Positions 38,186-52,260 are shown, numbered from the stretch's first letter. The stretch: 64,000 nucleotides of DNA from Octopus sinensis (GCF_006345805.1 NC_043003.1:56296001-56360000), one strand, 5' to 3'. The notes: generated by a model from the letters alone, not told the origin. Translations and numbers: made by a program.

Positions 38186-39352
38186 CACACAAACACACAC
38201 ACACACGCACAAAACAAGCACACATACATACATATATGCATATATAAACACATATACATGGAACGCATGTTGCATGTGATATAAATATTTGTAGAAATGA
38301 AATAATAAAACCTGTTTTTATATAAAACAAATAAATGCATATTTACAAATTGGCATTGGAATATGTAAGTGTGTGCGTGCGTGCGTGCGTGCGTGTGTAT
38401 GTGTGAGTGTATGTGTGTGTGTATGTGTGCGTGTGTGTTTATGTTTGGTTTCTAAAGAGGCAGAGAGAAAGAATGGAAGGCGCAAAACATGTGACATTGT
38501 TAGAATTGGAATAAATTTAACGTGAATTTCTGTGTCAATTTGTTGATAGCTAACGTGTTCTATAAGCATGCCTGTACACACACACACATACACACACACA
38601 CACAACATAAGTACATATATATATACATATATATATATATATGTATATATGTACATATATTTATGTATGTATATATATATATATATAATATATATATAAT
38701 ATATATATTATATATATATATACATATATATATATACGTATATGTATATATATACACATGCACACACATATATTTACATACTTAGATATATACGTATATA
38801 TACATATACATATACATACATACATACATATACACACACACATACACACACACACACACACACATACACATATATATATATATATATAACTATAGATATA
38901 GATACACATACACACATGTGCACATAAATTATATGTAAAGTTCCGATATAAACAGAACTGATATATGTAACGTATATTATAATGCGCGTACTTTAAGTCT
39001 GTTCAGAAACTCATTAAAAATTTGCTAAAAACGGTCAGAACAGATCAATGCAAAACTGTATAGTTTTCGCACACACACACATACGTTTGCTTCTATATTA
39101 ATCTGTCTGTCTGCCTATACGCACAAGTTCATACTTGCATGTATATTCCATTGATGTAAATTCGGATACTTGTGGATGCATGAATCTGTGCAGCTATATT
39201 AAATTTATGCACATACATTCATAATTAAGCACATACACACTGTGGCGAATATATATATATGCATACGCAAATTCTATCTCTTCTAGATATAGTATAATAT
39301 ATACGTACATATATATATATATATATACGAACACATATACACACACACGGAC

Positions 39353-39403
<51 letters not shown>

Positions 39404-39621
39404 AATTGATAGAGAGACAGAGAGGGGGAGGTGAGTGGGAGAGATGAGAACGGAAATGATAGAGATAGAGTATGAAACTTGTTGCCGAATACACAGGTGT
39501 GGGAGTGTGGAATGAAGAGAAGAGAGAAAACTAATCAAGCGATGAAGGTAGATTGAAATATATCAATATAGAGAAATATAGAAAAAGACAGAAAGAAACA
39601 ATGGATTACAAGCTAGACAAA

Positions 39622-39675
<54 letters not shown>

Positions 39676-40117
39676 CACCGATACACACACAGATATATAC
39701 TTAGAGGTACAAACACAAACACGTATAAATATTCATCCACAAACACACATATATATATATATTTATATATAAGGAACGTAAACACAAAAACGGACACAGA
39801 CAGATAGATTTTTTGTATGTAGGCATGTATGTATATATGTATGCATGTATGTTTATGTGTCTATGTGAAAGAGAGAGGGGTGAGCGAGAGAGATAGTGAT
39901 AGAGATAGATAAAACGCTTGCTGCGTTAGACATGCCCCAGTACCTGTGTTATATAGCTAAATATACAGGTTTTATTCTGTTAGGATACTCATGCATAAAT
40001 AGCCTCATCTCTAGGCAAAATATCGGAAAGATGCGCAGACAACCACATATATACATTCATATATATGTATATATGTATGCTTGTACATATATGGGCGCAG
40101 GAGTGGATATATATATA

Positions 40118-40172
<55 letters not shown>

Positions 40173-40339
40173 CAAGTATGGAGACGCTCACACTTACACA
40201 CAGACACAAGCAGAAACACACATACATTCATATTTCAGTTGGATTATAAATATACATAAAGAGAAAAGATGTTATCCAGAAATAGTGAGATGGAGAGAGG
40301 GAAACACAAAAAGAGAAAATTACTCTAGACAGATTGGAA

Positions 40340-40494
40340 GATGGATAGATAGATAGATGGATAGACAGATCGAAATGTGTATAGATAGATGGATAGATAG
40401 ATCGGAAGATGGATAGATAGATAGATAGGTAGATAGATACAAAGGCAGATCGATCGATAGATAGATAGATAGATAGAAAGATAGAGAGAAAGAG

Positions 40495-40569
<75 letters not shown>

Positions 40570-40570
40570 C
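40340..40570. repeat. (GATA)n-rich microsatellite
   Basis: Directly visible. Confidence 0.95.
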
Positions 40571-40867
40571 GAATGGAGAGACAGATATAAATGCAAAAAT
40601 CTAGGAAGTTAAATCCGTTGCAAGTATACGAAGAGTAAAGGGATACAATTGTAAGCAAATGCAATTATGTAAACATATTTTAATGGAAATCTGAAAATAG
40701 ACACATAAAAGACACAATAATAATGAATATTCTTTCTATTTTTTGTTTCTTCTCGTTTCTCATCATTCTCTTTTCCGCAGACCTTTTCCTTCCCTTACGA
40801 AACTTCTTATTTCCTGTCTTTGTTTTTGCTGCTTTTGCCGTTTAGTTTCTTTCTTTCTTTCTTTTCT

Positions 40868-40931
<64 letters not shown>

Positions 40932-41174
40932 TCTTTGTTTCTTCTTACTTTCTTTGTTTCTTCTTTTTATCCTTCTTTCCTTTCTTTCTCTCTTTGTTCT
41001 TTTCTTCCGCTTTCTGAATCGTATAACTTTGAAAGTTATTAAAGTTGTATAACGTGTGTCTATATGCATGCCAATATACATACATACACACACACACATA
41101 TATATATATATATATGCATGCATACATGAGCCCATACATACACACCTACATACATACATATATGTATATATGTC

Positions 41175-41206
<32 letters not shown>

Positions 41207-41332
41207 CACCTGCATACACATATATATATGTATACATACACACACATATATATATATTATATATATATATATATATATATGCATGTAGGTATACACGTGT
41301 GTGGTGTGTGTGTGTGTGAAAGGTGTGCCTGA

Positions 41333-41364
<32 letters not shown>

Positions 41365-42127
41365 ATGTGTGTGTGTACCTTTACGTGTGTGGATATACAT
41401 ATATATTAAACACTCACCTACGCATATACGCAGTTTATTAGTTCGAACCCACATTAATATCAGGTGTGCCAATGCCTGCTTAAATACACGCACATCAACC
41501 ATTACGCACATGTACGCTAACACAAGGAAAAATTAAACCACTTACCTACCTACCTACATGCCTCCCTCCCTCCCTACCTAGCTACCTACCTACCTACATA
41601 CATACATACATAAATACATGCTTACATACATATTCGCAGACACACCTATTCAGGTTCATGAGCGCTACTCATTATACACATCTAAATTTATCCAGCAATA
41701 TATGTTTCCGCGCGATTGTGTGAGAAATATGATATAAATGTATATCTCTGTAGATTATATATATATGCGCATTTTTTTTGCACATACTATATTTTGCTGT
41801 ATATGTCTGTGTTTTGTGTGCGCTTGCGTATATGTAATAAATACATCTACATACAAAGACGGTGGCACACGTTTGTGTTCAGGCGGACGGACACATACAG
41901 TATATACAAAAATTTTCATATATTATCAAAGATATGAACAATTTAGATTTGGCTGCTTCTGGCCACGATATGAAGTGTAATATTTTGCGCTCGCTTGGGC
42001 CTGCATTATACATCGTTGGTGGGGTGTTTCTGGTCTGGGCGTATGAATGTATGAGTGCGTTCGTGGCTCTATGCTTCAATGTACAATTGTTTGCTCTCCT
42101 CTCTCTCTGTCTCTCTGTCTTTCCTTT

Positions 42128-42216
<89 letters not shown>

Positions 42217-42451
42217 CGCCTGACTGTGTGTGTGTATGTCACATATATCTGTATGTATGTATGTATGTATGTATGTATGTATGTATGTATATATATATAT
42301 ACATTCACACACAAATTTATGTATGGATGCATGCATGAATATATGTATATATGTGTTTGTGTATATACATATATATATGCATATATATACGTATGTTGTG
42401 CATATAATGTACACACATATACGCATATATATATATATACACGAATATATG

Positions 42452-42496
<45 letters not shown>

Positions 42497-43137
42497 GTAT
42501 ATATATATTTGTGTACGTATGCATGTGTGTGTGTGTGCTTGTGCTTGTCTGTGTGTTATGTGTCTGTGTGTCTGTACGCCCATGTGTATGTGTATGTGTG
42601 TGTGTTCGGTGTGCTTAAATAGCTGACTGTCCGCTTGCATGCTTCCGTTCTTTAGTCTGAGTGTCATTGAGTAATCGGGTCAGTTGATATTAACGTTCGC
42701 TAGACCATCCGTCCATTCGTTGAAGTTACGTCAAGTGGAGAAACAATGGTGAAAGAGAAGCTGAAAAAGTCTAGCCACGTGACATGCGGTGTCTGTGTTG
42801 TACTCTTGACGTAGTCGTTGTCAGCGCCGACGTCGTCGTCGTCGTTGTTGTAGTTATTGGTTTGTCTTGTAATGTGCAACGAATATAAACGGCTGTTAGG
42901 GGTTGGGTGGATAGACAGCAGACGTAGCGATTGTAGTTCTGTTGCCGGTGCTGTTGTTGGCAGTTGTGGTTAGCTGTTGATTGTTATAGTTGGTGTTTAT
43001 ATCATGTCTGATGATGGCTAGGATCGAGACATCTTTGGTAGTCATATTGAATGGTGAAGATGTTCATGTTGTTCTTACTATTGATGTTTGTCGGTTGCGG
43101 TGAAGCGGCGTTTTTTAACTCCATTGGAAAACACACC

Positions 43138-43208
<71 letters not shown>

Positions 43209-43364
43209 TCCCATCTCTTGCATTATCCAATTTAGATTCTTTACTCTTTTACACGGTCAGACTGGAACCTGAGTGTGAGTTTATTCCTATTTCTAAAAAA
43301 AAATAAGTGAACGTTTATCCAGTGGTCATCCAATGGTGATTGTAGCACACCAGTTAGTCTTGCA

Positions 43365-44295
43365 AAATATGTAAAATAATAATAATAATGAAATTATTGT
43401 ATACAATGCTCAGGTGCACCACAACTTGTCAAAAGTGCGTATAAAGCATATGCAGTAATGTACAATAGGAAGTGAATAGTGTATGAGTCAAATACATGCT
43501 TGCGTGTGTATGGAGGGGAGAAAATCAGGTGTAGTGTTGGCGAATCTCAGGAAGCATGGAATATTTGAAGGATGCTTCAGCAACTCTTAGCGTGAGAAAA
43601 TGTTTCCGAAAGTCATGAGAGCTGAGCTGTTTTCTGACTTTGTAAACATATCCACGGGTGTTAGACAGGCGGAGTTTGAAAAAGTGCATAGAGTTATTGT
43701 TAGTTAGATGGTTAATAATTTTATGGGTGTCTGCCAAGTCAGCTGCCAGACGTCGGAGTTTCAATGTATCCATGCCCAGGGAAGTAAGGCGTTCAGAATA
43801 TGGCACATGCCTGATGGAGGGTATTCTCTTGTTTGCACGTCGCTGAAAAGTTTCCAGACGATTAATATCCTGGGCAGGATAGGGGTTCAAGACCGTTGAT
43901 GCAAGTTCCAGATGAGGCCGCACCATAACTATATAAAGCCTCAGATAGCCAGAGAGTGGCTCACAAAGACTTGGTAAGTAACGCTAAAACACCCTCAGCC
44001 TTCTTGGCAATTTTAGCAATGTCTTTTGTCCAACGCAAATCGCTGTCGACAATAATGCCCAGATCACGTTCACAAGAAGACTTTTTGAGATTATGTGGAG
44101 GGAGTAAGTAGCGCTGAGTTTTTCCTCCCAAAATGCATGGTGGTACATTTGTCCACAGCCAGCTTGAGTTGACAGTCTATGATCCTTTGCTGCATTGTGT
44201 CTAGGTCTGATTGCAATAATGATCTATAGTGTACAGGATCTTCTCCTCTTTATTTCGAAGTACAGCTTCATATCATCTGCATATTATAAGAAGCC
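43365..44295 (-). mobile_element. CR1-group LINE 3' end (RT C-terminal part and 3' tail)
   Basis: ADDMKLYFE..LQSDLDTMQQ..LKLAVDKCTTMHFGRKN..ERDLGIIVDSDLRWTK..MVRPHLELASTVLNPY..RLETFQRRANKRIP..YSERLTSLG..TRG..RKHFLTLRV; (ATT)n tail near 43375. Confidence 0.92.
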
Positions 44296-44419
44296 AGTAC
44301 AGGGAGGCGCTAGCTGACGCAGTCGACAAAGGACTACGAATTCAAAGAATGTTTGCTCCGTCTGTTTGAAGCAATGTTTTAACCCACTGGCAAAAATTAT
44401 CATTTTGCAAATATATTAT

Positions 44420-44790
44420 ATGCAACATATATGCATGTATTTATCTGTAACACATGCTTAAGGTATATGTAATAAGCAGTAAATGCTAAAATGTTTTGTA
44501 AGCATTTCAAATGAGATCAATTCAATATATTTGACACCTGGCCTGGGCCGCTTACCAGATTACACGTTTCCTATCTCTGACTGAAATATATTCGCTTTTG
44601 TTTTTCAGATGAAGTTCTTTAGTGAAAAGTGGGGTGAACGTAACAGTAGTTTCGAATGTGATAGCAACCGTTATTGATGGTGTTTAGACCATGATTAGAC
44701 TTTATTTATCTAGCAGACCATTTATTCGATGGATTCAAGTTATCACAAAGTTCCTCTTTTTGTATTTAATTATCGAGAATGATCAGTGCG
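44420..44790 (+). repeat. Diverged direct duplicate, copy 1
   Basis: tatatgtaataagcagt..ctaaaatg..ctggcc.ggg.cg.ttaccag.ttaca..tattg.tggtgttta..ctttattt.tcta.cagac shared with 46080-46460. Confidence 0.75.
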
Positions 44791-45149
44791 GATTACTGTA
44801 TTCAGGATAGTAGAGGATGATTTGTTGAAAGTTTCCAACAACAGAAATTTTTCGAAAGACCACAGCCGGCTCGACATTGCCTCAAATGTGTAAGAGTTGT
44901 TAGTCATAGTATTTTTGTAGCCAATGTTATTATTATGGCTACTGCTGCTGCTGCTGTTGTTGTTATTGTTGTTACTTAGTTCCATATGGAATTTGATTGA
45001 GGGCACACTCAATCATAATAATTTCAGCCTTGACAGTACCGCCTTTTAGTGATACAAAATCTTATATAATCTAATGTACGCTATTTTGAAATTAATAAGA
45101 AATATGTAATTTGTCTCGACTCATCTGAACTATCCAGTTTCATTCCAAT

Positions 45150-45760
45150 TTTATTTAACCTCAAAGGAGATACCCACTTTCATTCCTCAATCAATCTACT
45201 GTAACTTACACCTAAACCTTACGTATTCCACCCCACCCAAATCTTTTCCCAAAATTCAAAATATCTGGGACTCCCATCGTACCCTTTTTTTATTATGGTG
45301 ATGTTGACTTAAAAGTGTTTAAGGTAGAGATGGGCTCTATAAAGATTCAGCCACCAATTATTGTTTGGCAATTACAAAACTCAGGTAAGATCCACAGTGG
45401 AGTACTTGTTCAATATCTCTAGTACCGCTACTACACACAAACAGATATCTTAGACCGAATCCAGTGAAAGACCAATCACTTGATCGCTATAGACATTCAT
45501 TCTCCAACCTCGCAATCGCGGAAGGTCTCTACTCACTCTGTTGCATTTACAGTGGCCTCTTATCTGCTCCTCGGGGCTGGATGGTTTCTTGTCCCCTTCA
45601 TTGAAATACTTTCATGTGTCACTTCTATTTATTTCTGATTCGTGTACTGTCAACTTTCCTTACACACGCGCCATCTCATTAACACTTATGCACTGTTCAC
45701 AAACCCAACCCTCTGAAAAGTTCTTACTTTCTGACATGCTCTATCTAGGAGAAGTTTAAG
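45150..45760 (+). mobile_element. Highly degraded CR1/L2-group LINE RT C-terminal remnant
   Basis: SKYLGL, YKTQVRSTVEY, LDRIQ, LQP..CSSGL motifs across frameshifts. Confidence 0.55.
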
Positions 45761-46079
45761 TGGTACACTAACTGCATCAGTTTCACCAGTCTTTAGAGGG
45801 CCTGCGTTTGCCAGTTGCGGTACATCTTCCTCTAAACCTAGCTGATAAATACGGTGGTGCTGATTTGCAATTCATGTTGTTCGGTGGAAATACTGGCAAC
45901 TGCTGTTGTTTAACACCAGCTCAAACCTGCGCATGCTGGTGCTGTTTACATTGCAATAAACATTGTTACATAACAATGTAGCTCCAGTTTGAGCATAACT
46001 GAATAGAATTACAATCGAAACCATTTCAACTGTAGCCATATACACAAATATAATTTGTTCAATGTGTCATTCATGTTTT

Positions 46080-46460
46080 GAACATATACGCATGCATGCA
46101 TCTGTAAACCTTAATTAAGTTATATGTAATAAGCAGTGAAGACTAAAATGCTTTGTGAACAATCTGAAATGGGATCTCTGTTTCATATCTGGCCAGGGTC
46201 GTTTACCAGGTTACATGGGCCCCGTTGCTTGCTGAATTATATACGTTTTTGATATTTTGTCTGATATTGGTGTAGGTGGAAATCCTTGATGAAAATCGTG
46301 ATGAATGTAATAGTAGATACGAAGATGTAGCAGTCTTTATTGGTGGTGTTTACTCGATGGTCAGTCTTTATTTGTCTAACAGACAATTTCATATATGGAT
46401 TCCAGTTATTGCAATCCTAGTTTCTCTCTTTTTTTTAAAGTTGTTATCAGAGACAAATTC
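46080..46460 (+). repeat. Diverged direct duplicate, copy 2
   Basis: Colinear with 44420-44790. Confidence 0.75.
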
Positions 46461-46619
46461 CAGTATTATCTCTTGGAAACCCGGTACCCAGATGGATATC
46501 TAATTGGGAAGTGGAAATACTTGTGTAATTTAGCAAGTCGCAATATGACCGTCATATTTTTAAGCTTCAGCTTCTAACAAATCCAAATATTTCGTAGACG
46601 TCCTCCAGGTAGCTCATAG

Positions 46620-47260
46620 CGGTGGTGGTTTTCGATATTGCTTGTGATAATGTTGATGATGTTGGTATTGCCGGTGATGTTGATGGTGTTACTGATGATA
46701 GTTATTTAGGCGGCGTTGGTCATGATGCTGATGGTTGTGTCACTGTTGATGATGACCGTAGTAACGGTTTTAATATTAATGATTGTTTTTCTTGTTGCTG
46801 TTGGTTGAAGTGGGGCTCTTACTGATTGTAGTAGCAGAGATGGTAATAATGTTGTTAGTGTTTGTGCTGGACTTTTATGTTAATTGTGATGGTGATAAAA
46901 ATGGTGATTTTGGCAGTAGCAGTGGTGTCGGTCATAGTGGTGTAGTTGATGGTGGTAGTTTTGGCCGTGTTGGCGGTGTTGCCAATGATGGTCACGTTGG
47001 TAAAAGTCGTTGTTGAGACGGTACTAATGTCGATGGATGTACTCTTTTAATGTTGATAGCGGAGCTGCAATGTTTTGGTGTTGTTGACTATGACCATCTC
47101 GATAATAGTTTTTATTAGTTCTATTGGAGATGATGTAGGTGCTGTTCGTATTAGTGTTGGTGCTGCAGATGGTGTAGATATCAGTGAGGCTTTTGTTGGT
47201 GTTAGTGATGATGTTAATGCTAATTGCTGTTGCCTCTCATCATATAACCACTCCTCCATT
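46620..47260. repeat. Degenerate (GTT/GGT/GAT)n trinucleotide low-complexity tract
   Basis: Period-3 GT-rich; similar tracts at ~26860-27120 (opposite polarity), 42830-43020 and 56340-56500. Confidence 0.7.
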
Positions 47261-48522
47261 CAGACGAATTTGTGTTTATAGCACTGGTTTCAAGAGCGTA
47301 AGGGGTCTTCGCCATATCCGATGTTTTGACATCGTTCTGTCCGGTCTGCCGAACGTAATCCAGATTAATGAATCTCACAAGAGTTTGGGGCTCTCATTTA
47401 AAACATAAACAAATATATTATTGTCTCATATCTGTTAATTGATAACAACTTGTCATATACACGGTGAATAGCGAGAATCGAAATGATAAAATGCACACAC
47501 ATTCTCAATATGTTAAGAACATATAATCATTGGATAGGATGACAGAAACAACAGCGACTAGCATATTTACTTTCGAATCTGCCCGTGTCTACTAACATTG
47601 AATATGTGAATCATCGTATTTCACTATGCACATAACGATTTATCATAGGGAGTCAGGTCTCACTAAGCACCAGGAAATAAAATTTTTGCTGAAGTTTTAA
47701 ATAAAAAGACTAAATATTTATTTTTTTAGATGTATTCACTAGTTCGGTGTGCCTTTTCACTGACTAGAAAAGAAGAAACAGAAACAGTGGATGTCCCAGA
47801 GCTTTCTTACGCTAATGAATCGAGTGTCTTGTAAAAATACACAGACATATCATATGTATATATATACGTAACATGGTAAAATTATAAAGAGGGCAAATTT
47901 TAGCCATTTCTCCGTAGACTGTTAAATATGATGAAAAACCTTACTCGAATTTCGAACCTTATCTGAGTGATTAGTATTATAAGAGGGATGTTATAAAAGG
48001 AAAGTAAATTGTTAAAGCTTCGTAAAATGTAAAAAGGTGAATTTCTCAAATTTTGAAAGTTTGTGTTTTATTTTTGAAAACGTGTTACAATAAAAGACAA
48101 CGGTAACATGAGAGTAAATGAAACTTAGACAAATTATTGAAAAAAAAAACTTTATATGAAATCATTATTTCACAAAAGTTAATATGAGAAAATTAGGTAA
48201 TTTTATAAACAATTTTCTGACGTTAATTGAGAGAGAAATAAATTCCATTAAATAAATATCTTTTACTGTCTCTACAGCATTGAGTTCTTTCTTCACATTG
48301 TGATTTCCCATGTTAAAACGAGCAAGGCAATTCTGTCATATGTTCATTATTGGAAATATTGCTGCTGATTTTAATGATTTGCTATTCAAACTATTCCTTT
48401 GTACAATATCGGTATTGTTTACAATTTGCGACATCATTTGAAATATTGAGTTGAAAATATTAAAGTAAACAGAAATCTGACACGACACTTGTATCATCAT
48501 CGACAAAAAAAAAAAAAATAGA

Positions 48523-48742
48523 TATATCGGTGTTCCGAGTTCGAGAGTAGATCGAGGCCGTCAACGTCCCCGGGACCTCCAGTAGTTCGCTTTGCCGGAC
48601 GGAATTGCGTGTCGTTCTCCCGCTGTACTGGGCTTACAAAGAATAACTCCCGGGGTCGATTTGGTCGACTAAAGGCGGTGCTCCAGCATGGCCGCAGTCA
48701 AATGACTGAAACAAGTAAAAGAGTAAAAGAGTATATCGGTGT
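48523..48742 (+). mobile_element. 5'-truncated SINE family A tail with 11-bp target-site duplication
   Basis: TATATCGGTGT at 48523-48533 and 48732-48742; canonical tail at 48625-48731. Confidence 0.85.
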
Positions 48743-48955
48743 CATTTCTCTTAGTAGACTCTTAGATTGATACGGCTTCAACTCAAGACTATTAGTAGAT
48801 ATATTTTTTATGGTGTGGTTATTTAGAATTACGGATCTGATATTAATATGTGATACATCTTGTCAGAAAATATTTTCATATTGTCAAGAAATATTGTATG
48901 TGTGTATGTATGTAAGTATGTATATACCTATATGTTTATGCATATATATGTATGC

Positions 48956-48991
<36 letters not shown>

Positions 48992-49056
48992 CATACATAT
49001 ATATATATATATATAGACAGATAGATACATATATACATATATGTGTATTTGTTTAT

Positions 49057-49114
<58 letters not shown>

Positions 49115-49203
49115 ATATACATATGTGTGTACATGTATATATATATAAGAACCCTCATACATACAAGCACAAATGTATACAAACGCATATAAACACACAC
49201 ATA

Positions 49204-49223
49204 CTTATCTATCTGTCTATCAG

Positions 49224-49286
<63 letters not shown>

Positions 49287-49291
49287 CTCTG

Positions 49292-49324
<33 letters not shown>

Positions 49325-49333
49325 GTATATGCA

Positions 49334-49387
<54 letters not shown>

Positions 49388-49396
49388 TGCATATAC

Positions 49397-49431
<35 letters not shown>

Positions 49432-49436
49432 CAGAG

Positions 49437-49507
<71 letters not shown>

Positions 49508-49527
49508 CTGATAGACAGATAGATAAG
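49204..49527. repeat. Fold-back palindrome of compound microsatellite, centred on (TA)n
   Basis: cttatctatctgtctatcagtc..ctctctgtctctc..atgtatatgcatatatgt is mirrored exactly, interruptions included. Confidence 0.9.
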
Positions 49528-49866
49528 CGCAAGTGTGGCTGTGTGATAAGTACAATGTTTACCAACCACATGGTTCCGGGTTCAGTCCCACTGCGTGGCT
49601 CCTTGGTGAACTGTCTTCTACTATAGAATGAGTGGCTTTCGTAGACGGAAACTGAAAGAATATGTTTGTGTATTTCTGTTTGTTCTCCTAATCACTTGAC
49701 AACCGATGTTGGTGTGTTTACGTCCCCGTAACTTATCGTTTCAACAAAAGAGTCCGATAGAATACGTATTAGGCTTACAAAGAATAAGTCCTGGTGTCAG
49801 TTTGTTCCACTAAGGCGGTGTTCCAGCATGACATCAGTCAAATGACTGAAACAAGTAAAAGAATAA
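49527..49866 (+). mobile_element. SINE family A
   Basis: Head, core and tail present; internal deletion in the core. Confidence 0.88.
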
Positions 49867-49889
49867 CAGTATATATATATATATATATT

Positions 49890-50032
49890 CTATTATTCTT
49901 TACTTGCTTCAGTCATTTGACTGCTGATATACTGGAGCACCGCCTTTAGTCGAGCAATGTGGTTTTTAAACATGCTGCTTACCACACAGCCACTCCTGCG
50001 CTTATCTATCTGTCTATCTATCTATCTATCTC
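49890..50032 (-). mobile_element. Inverted, internally deleted copy of the adjacent SINE plus its upstream flank
   Basis: Tail joined directly to head, then gcgcttatctatctgtctatc, the complement of the 49510-49530 junction. Confidence 0.8.
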
Positions 50033-50809
50033 AAATTCCAGTTGTGGATATTTCCTTATTTTCGACATAGGAGAAAAATGTTCTAAAATACAAAGAAAAC
50101 GGAGAATACATACATAGGAGAGATGAATTTATTATCATAGTCCAGTGAAATTAATAAGTTCATTGATATTGCCTACTCTGTGCTTCGACTGATTGCTGCC
50201 ATTCACATATTTACACTTTTAAAGTGCATTATGAAGTTGAAAAAAGCGCAAAGACTCCTCTGGCCAAGATTGACTGATATTTTTCACATACTAACGGGTG
50301 GATAGTTAATAGCGATTGAATTGTATCACGTGCTTTTCGGATTCTTTTCTAAAAATAGCTAAAAGCTGATATTTTTTACCTTGCTGGAGAAGAGATATGC
50401 ATAGTTCCGAAGAACTAGGTTATGTTACTATTCCACTTTTTTGGTAGTGCTGATTAACTGTTTACAATCTCGCCACTAATTTCCACACTATCCAGTATGT
50501 CCATACTACATTCCTCCACGTCCTTATTTCAACCATTTGAACAAATTGATTAACTATTTATGCTTACTAGCCTGCCCCTACCTTTCACAATATTCAGCAT
50601 GGACCTAATTGTTATTTTTCTTTACTTATTTTATATCAGCACTATTACTTCCTTACTTTAAAAAAAATTATATTAGTTAGTAGTAAATACAATTATTTAT
50701 TCAAATATATTAGTTGATAGTTTGGGTTCATACATATATATGTGTCTACTTAATTTAAAGTATAAATGCATGATTCATAGGTATTATTTACACAGTATTT
50801 AATTTAACC

Positions 50810-51200
50810 ATATCTACTAAAATTTATGAACAAAACTGAGTCTTCTTCCTCTCTTGTTGTTGCTAAATTTGCGTTTTGATGTAAGGATCTAGAAAATTTC
50901 TTCAACGTAAATTTCACATCGTTTGCTCCCAATGCTACAAGGTTTTGTTCGGCTAATTGTTTCCCACGCAAATGTATAGTCCTTATCTTTATCCTTAATC
51001 TAGAAACTTAGACTGGTGCTAGCCTCTTTTTGTCTATCCCTAAACGTGTTGTCCTGATTAGCTATTCTTCTTTTTATATAATTATCCGTAGAACCGATAT
51101 AGAAGTAATCCTGTCCCCCAGATACAGTCTTACACCCATACATAACTTTTCCTATTAAAAGAATTTAATGGACATCGTTTTATTTTAGTGCAATCGCAGT
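50810..51200 (-). pseudogene. Degenerate PLE GIY-YIG endonuclease (second Hydra-type family)
   Basis: NCDCTKIKRCPLN /fs/ KVMYGCKTVSGGQDYFYIGSTDNYIKRRIANQDNTFR..ASTSLSF*IKDKDKDYTFAWETI..PCSIGSKRCEIYVEE..ILTS..NKR..HK. Confidence 0.85.
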
Positions 51201-51779
51201 TTATAATTTCAGTAGCGCTTGCTATTTCCTTATTAATAATGTTGCGCTCGTATTCTATGTTTTTAGAGTAATCAACATTATATTTATTATGTATGTTTGG
51301 AGACTTTACCATTAATCTAACGTTATTTACGTTAGTTTGTTTACTACTTTTGTTACAATCTTCTTTGTCATTCTTCTCTTTTCCTATCCTAATACTCTTA
51401 TTGCTTTCTCTTCTATATTTGTTGTTGCTATAGTTAATATTAGTATTTATATTATCAATATTTATATTTCTTTAATCACTTTTGTCCGTAATACTATGCT
51501 TATTGCTTCTTTATATAGAACAGAGAGAAATTAAGAGTTATCTCCCTTCGTTTAACATGTAACTCATATTATCGTTGTTCTTCACATAATTTTGATCATT
51601 TAACAATTCATGTTTATTTATTTATTTAATTATATTTTCTGTACTCTTATTATATAAAAGTGTAAATATATGAATGATAGCAATGACCCGAAACGCAGCG
51701 TAGGCAATACAAATGAACTTATTAATTTGACTGTACTATGAAAATAAATTGATTACTCTATGTATTATTAGAATTTATG

Positions 51780-51812
<33 letters not shown>

Positions 51813-51813
51813 G

Positions 51814-51884
<71 letters not shown>

Positions 51885-51944
51885 ATAGAGTCATAAATAT
51901 ATAAGCAATTATTTACTTCATAGAAGTACAAAACTCTAATCTCC

Positions 51945-52260
51945 TCTAGTGTAGGATCTTCTGGATGGGATGCACTTGTAGCGTTCCAGCCATCTCATGA
52001 AGGTCCGATCGACGTCTTCCAAAGCGAAAAGACTCTGGGCTTTTGTTGCACCCACCTTTATCGTCTTCAGCTTGGAGACCAACCAAATCTCAAAAGGAGT
52101 ATATTCTGAAACCTAATGGGGGTGAGGAAGAGTTTTTATGCCCGTTTCTAACAAATAGTTGTTTAGCAAGAGGGAATTGTGGACCGGTGCATCACCAGCA
52201 TGCAAAAATATGTTTCTGAACTCCTTGAAAACCTTCACAGATTTCTGAATTCTCCTTTTG
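51945..52260 (-). pseudogene. Mariner transposase C-terminal remnant
   Basis: FLHAGDAPVHNSLLLNNYLLETGIKTLPHPH..IWLVSKLK..FMRWLERYKCI..SY. Confidence 0.75.

Noticed and set aside
42620-42850. Promoter (CACGTG and TGACGT motifs in a relatively GC-rich patch)
   Set aside because: Short motifs are expected by chance, and there is no associated gene.
46620-47260. Mucin-like Thr/Ser-rich exon on the minus strand
   Set aside because: Frames are interrupted by stops and similar tracts recur elsewhere; better explained as degenerate trinucleotide repeat.
10330-49866. Recurring near-identical segments as a CRISPR array or satellite
   Set aside because: They are dispersed, occur in both orientations and are irregularly spaced SINE copies; there is no repeat-spacer periodicity and the context is eukaryotic.
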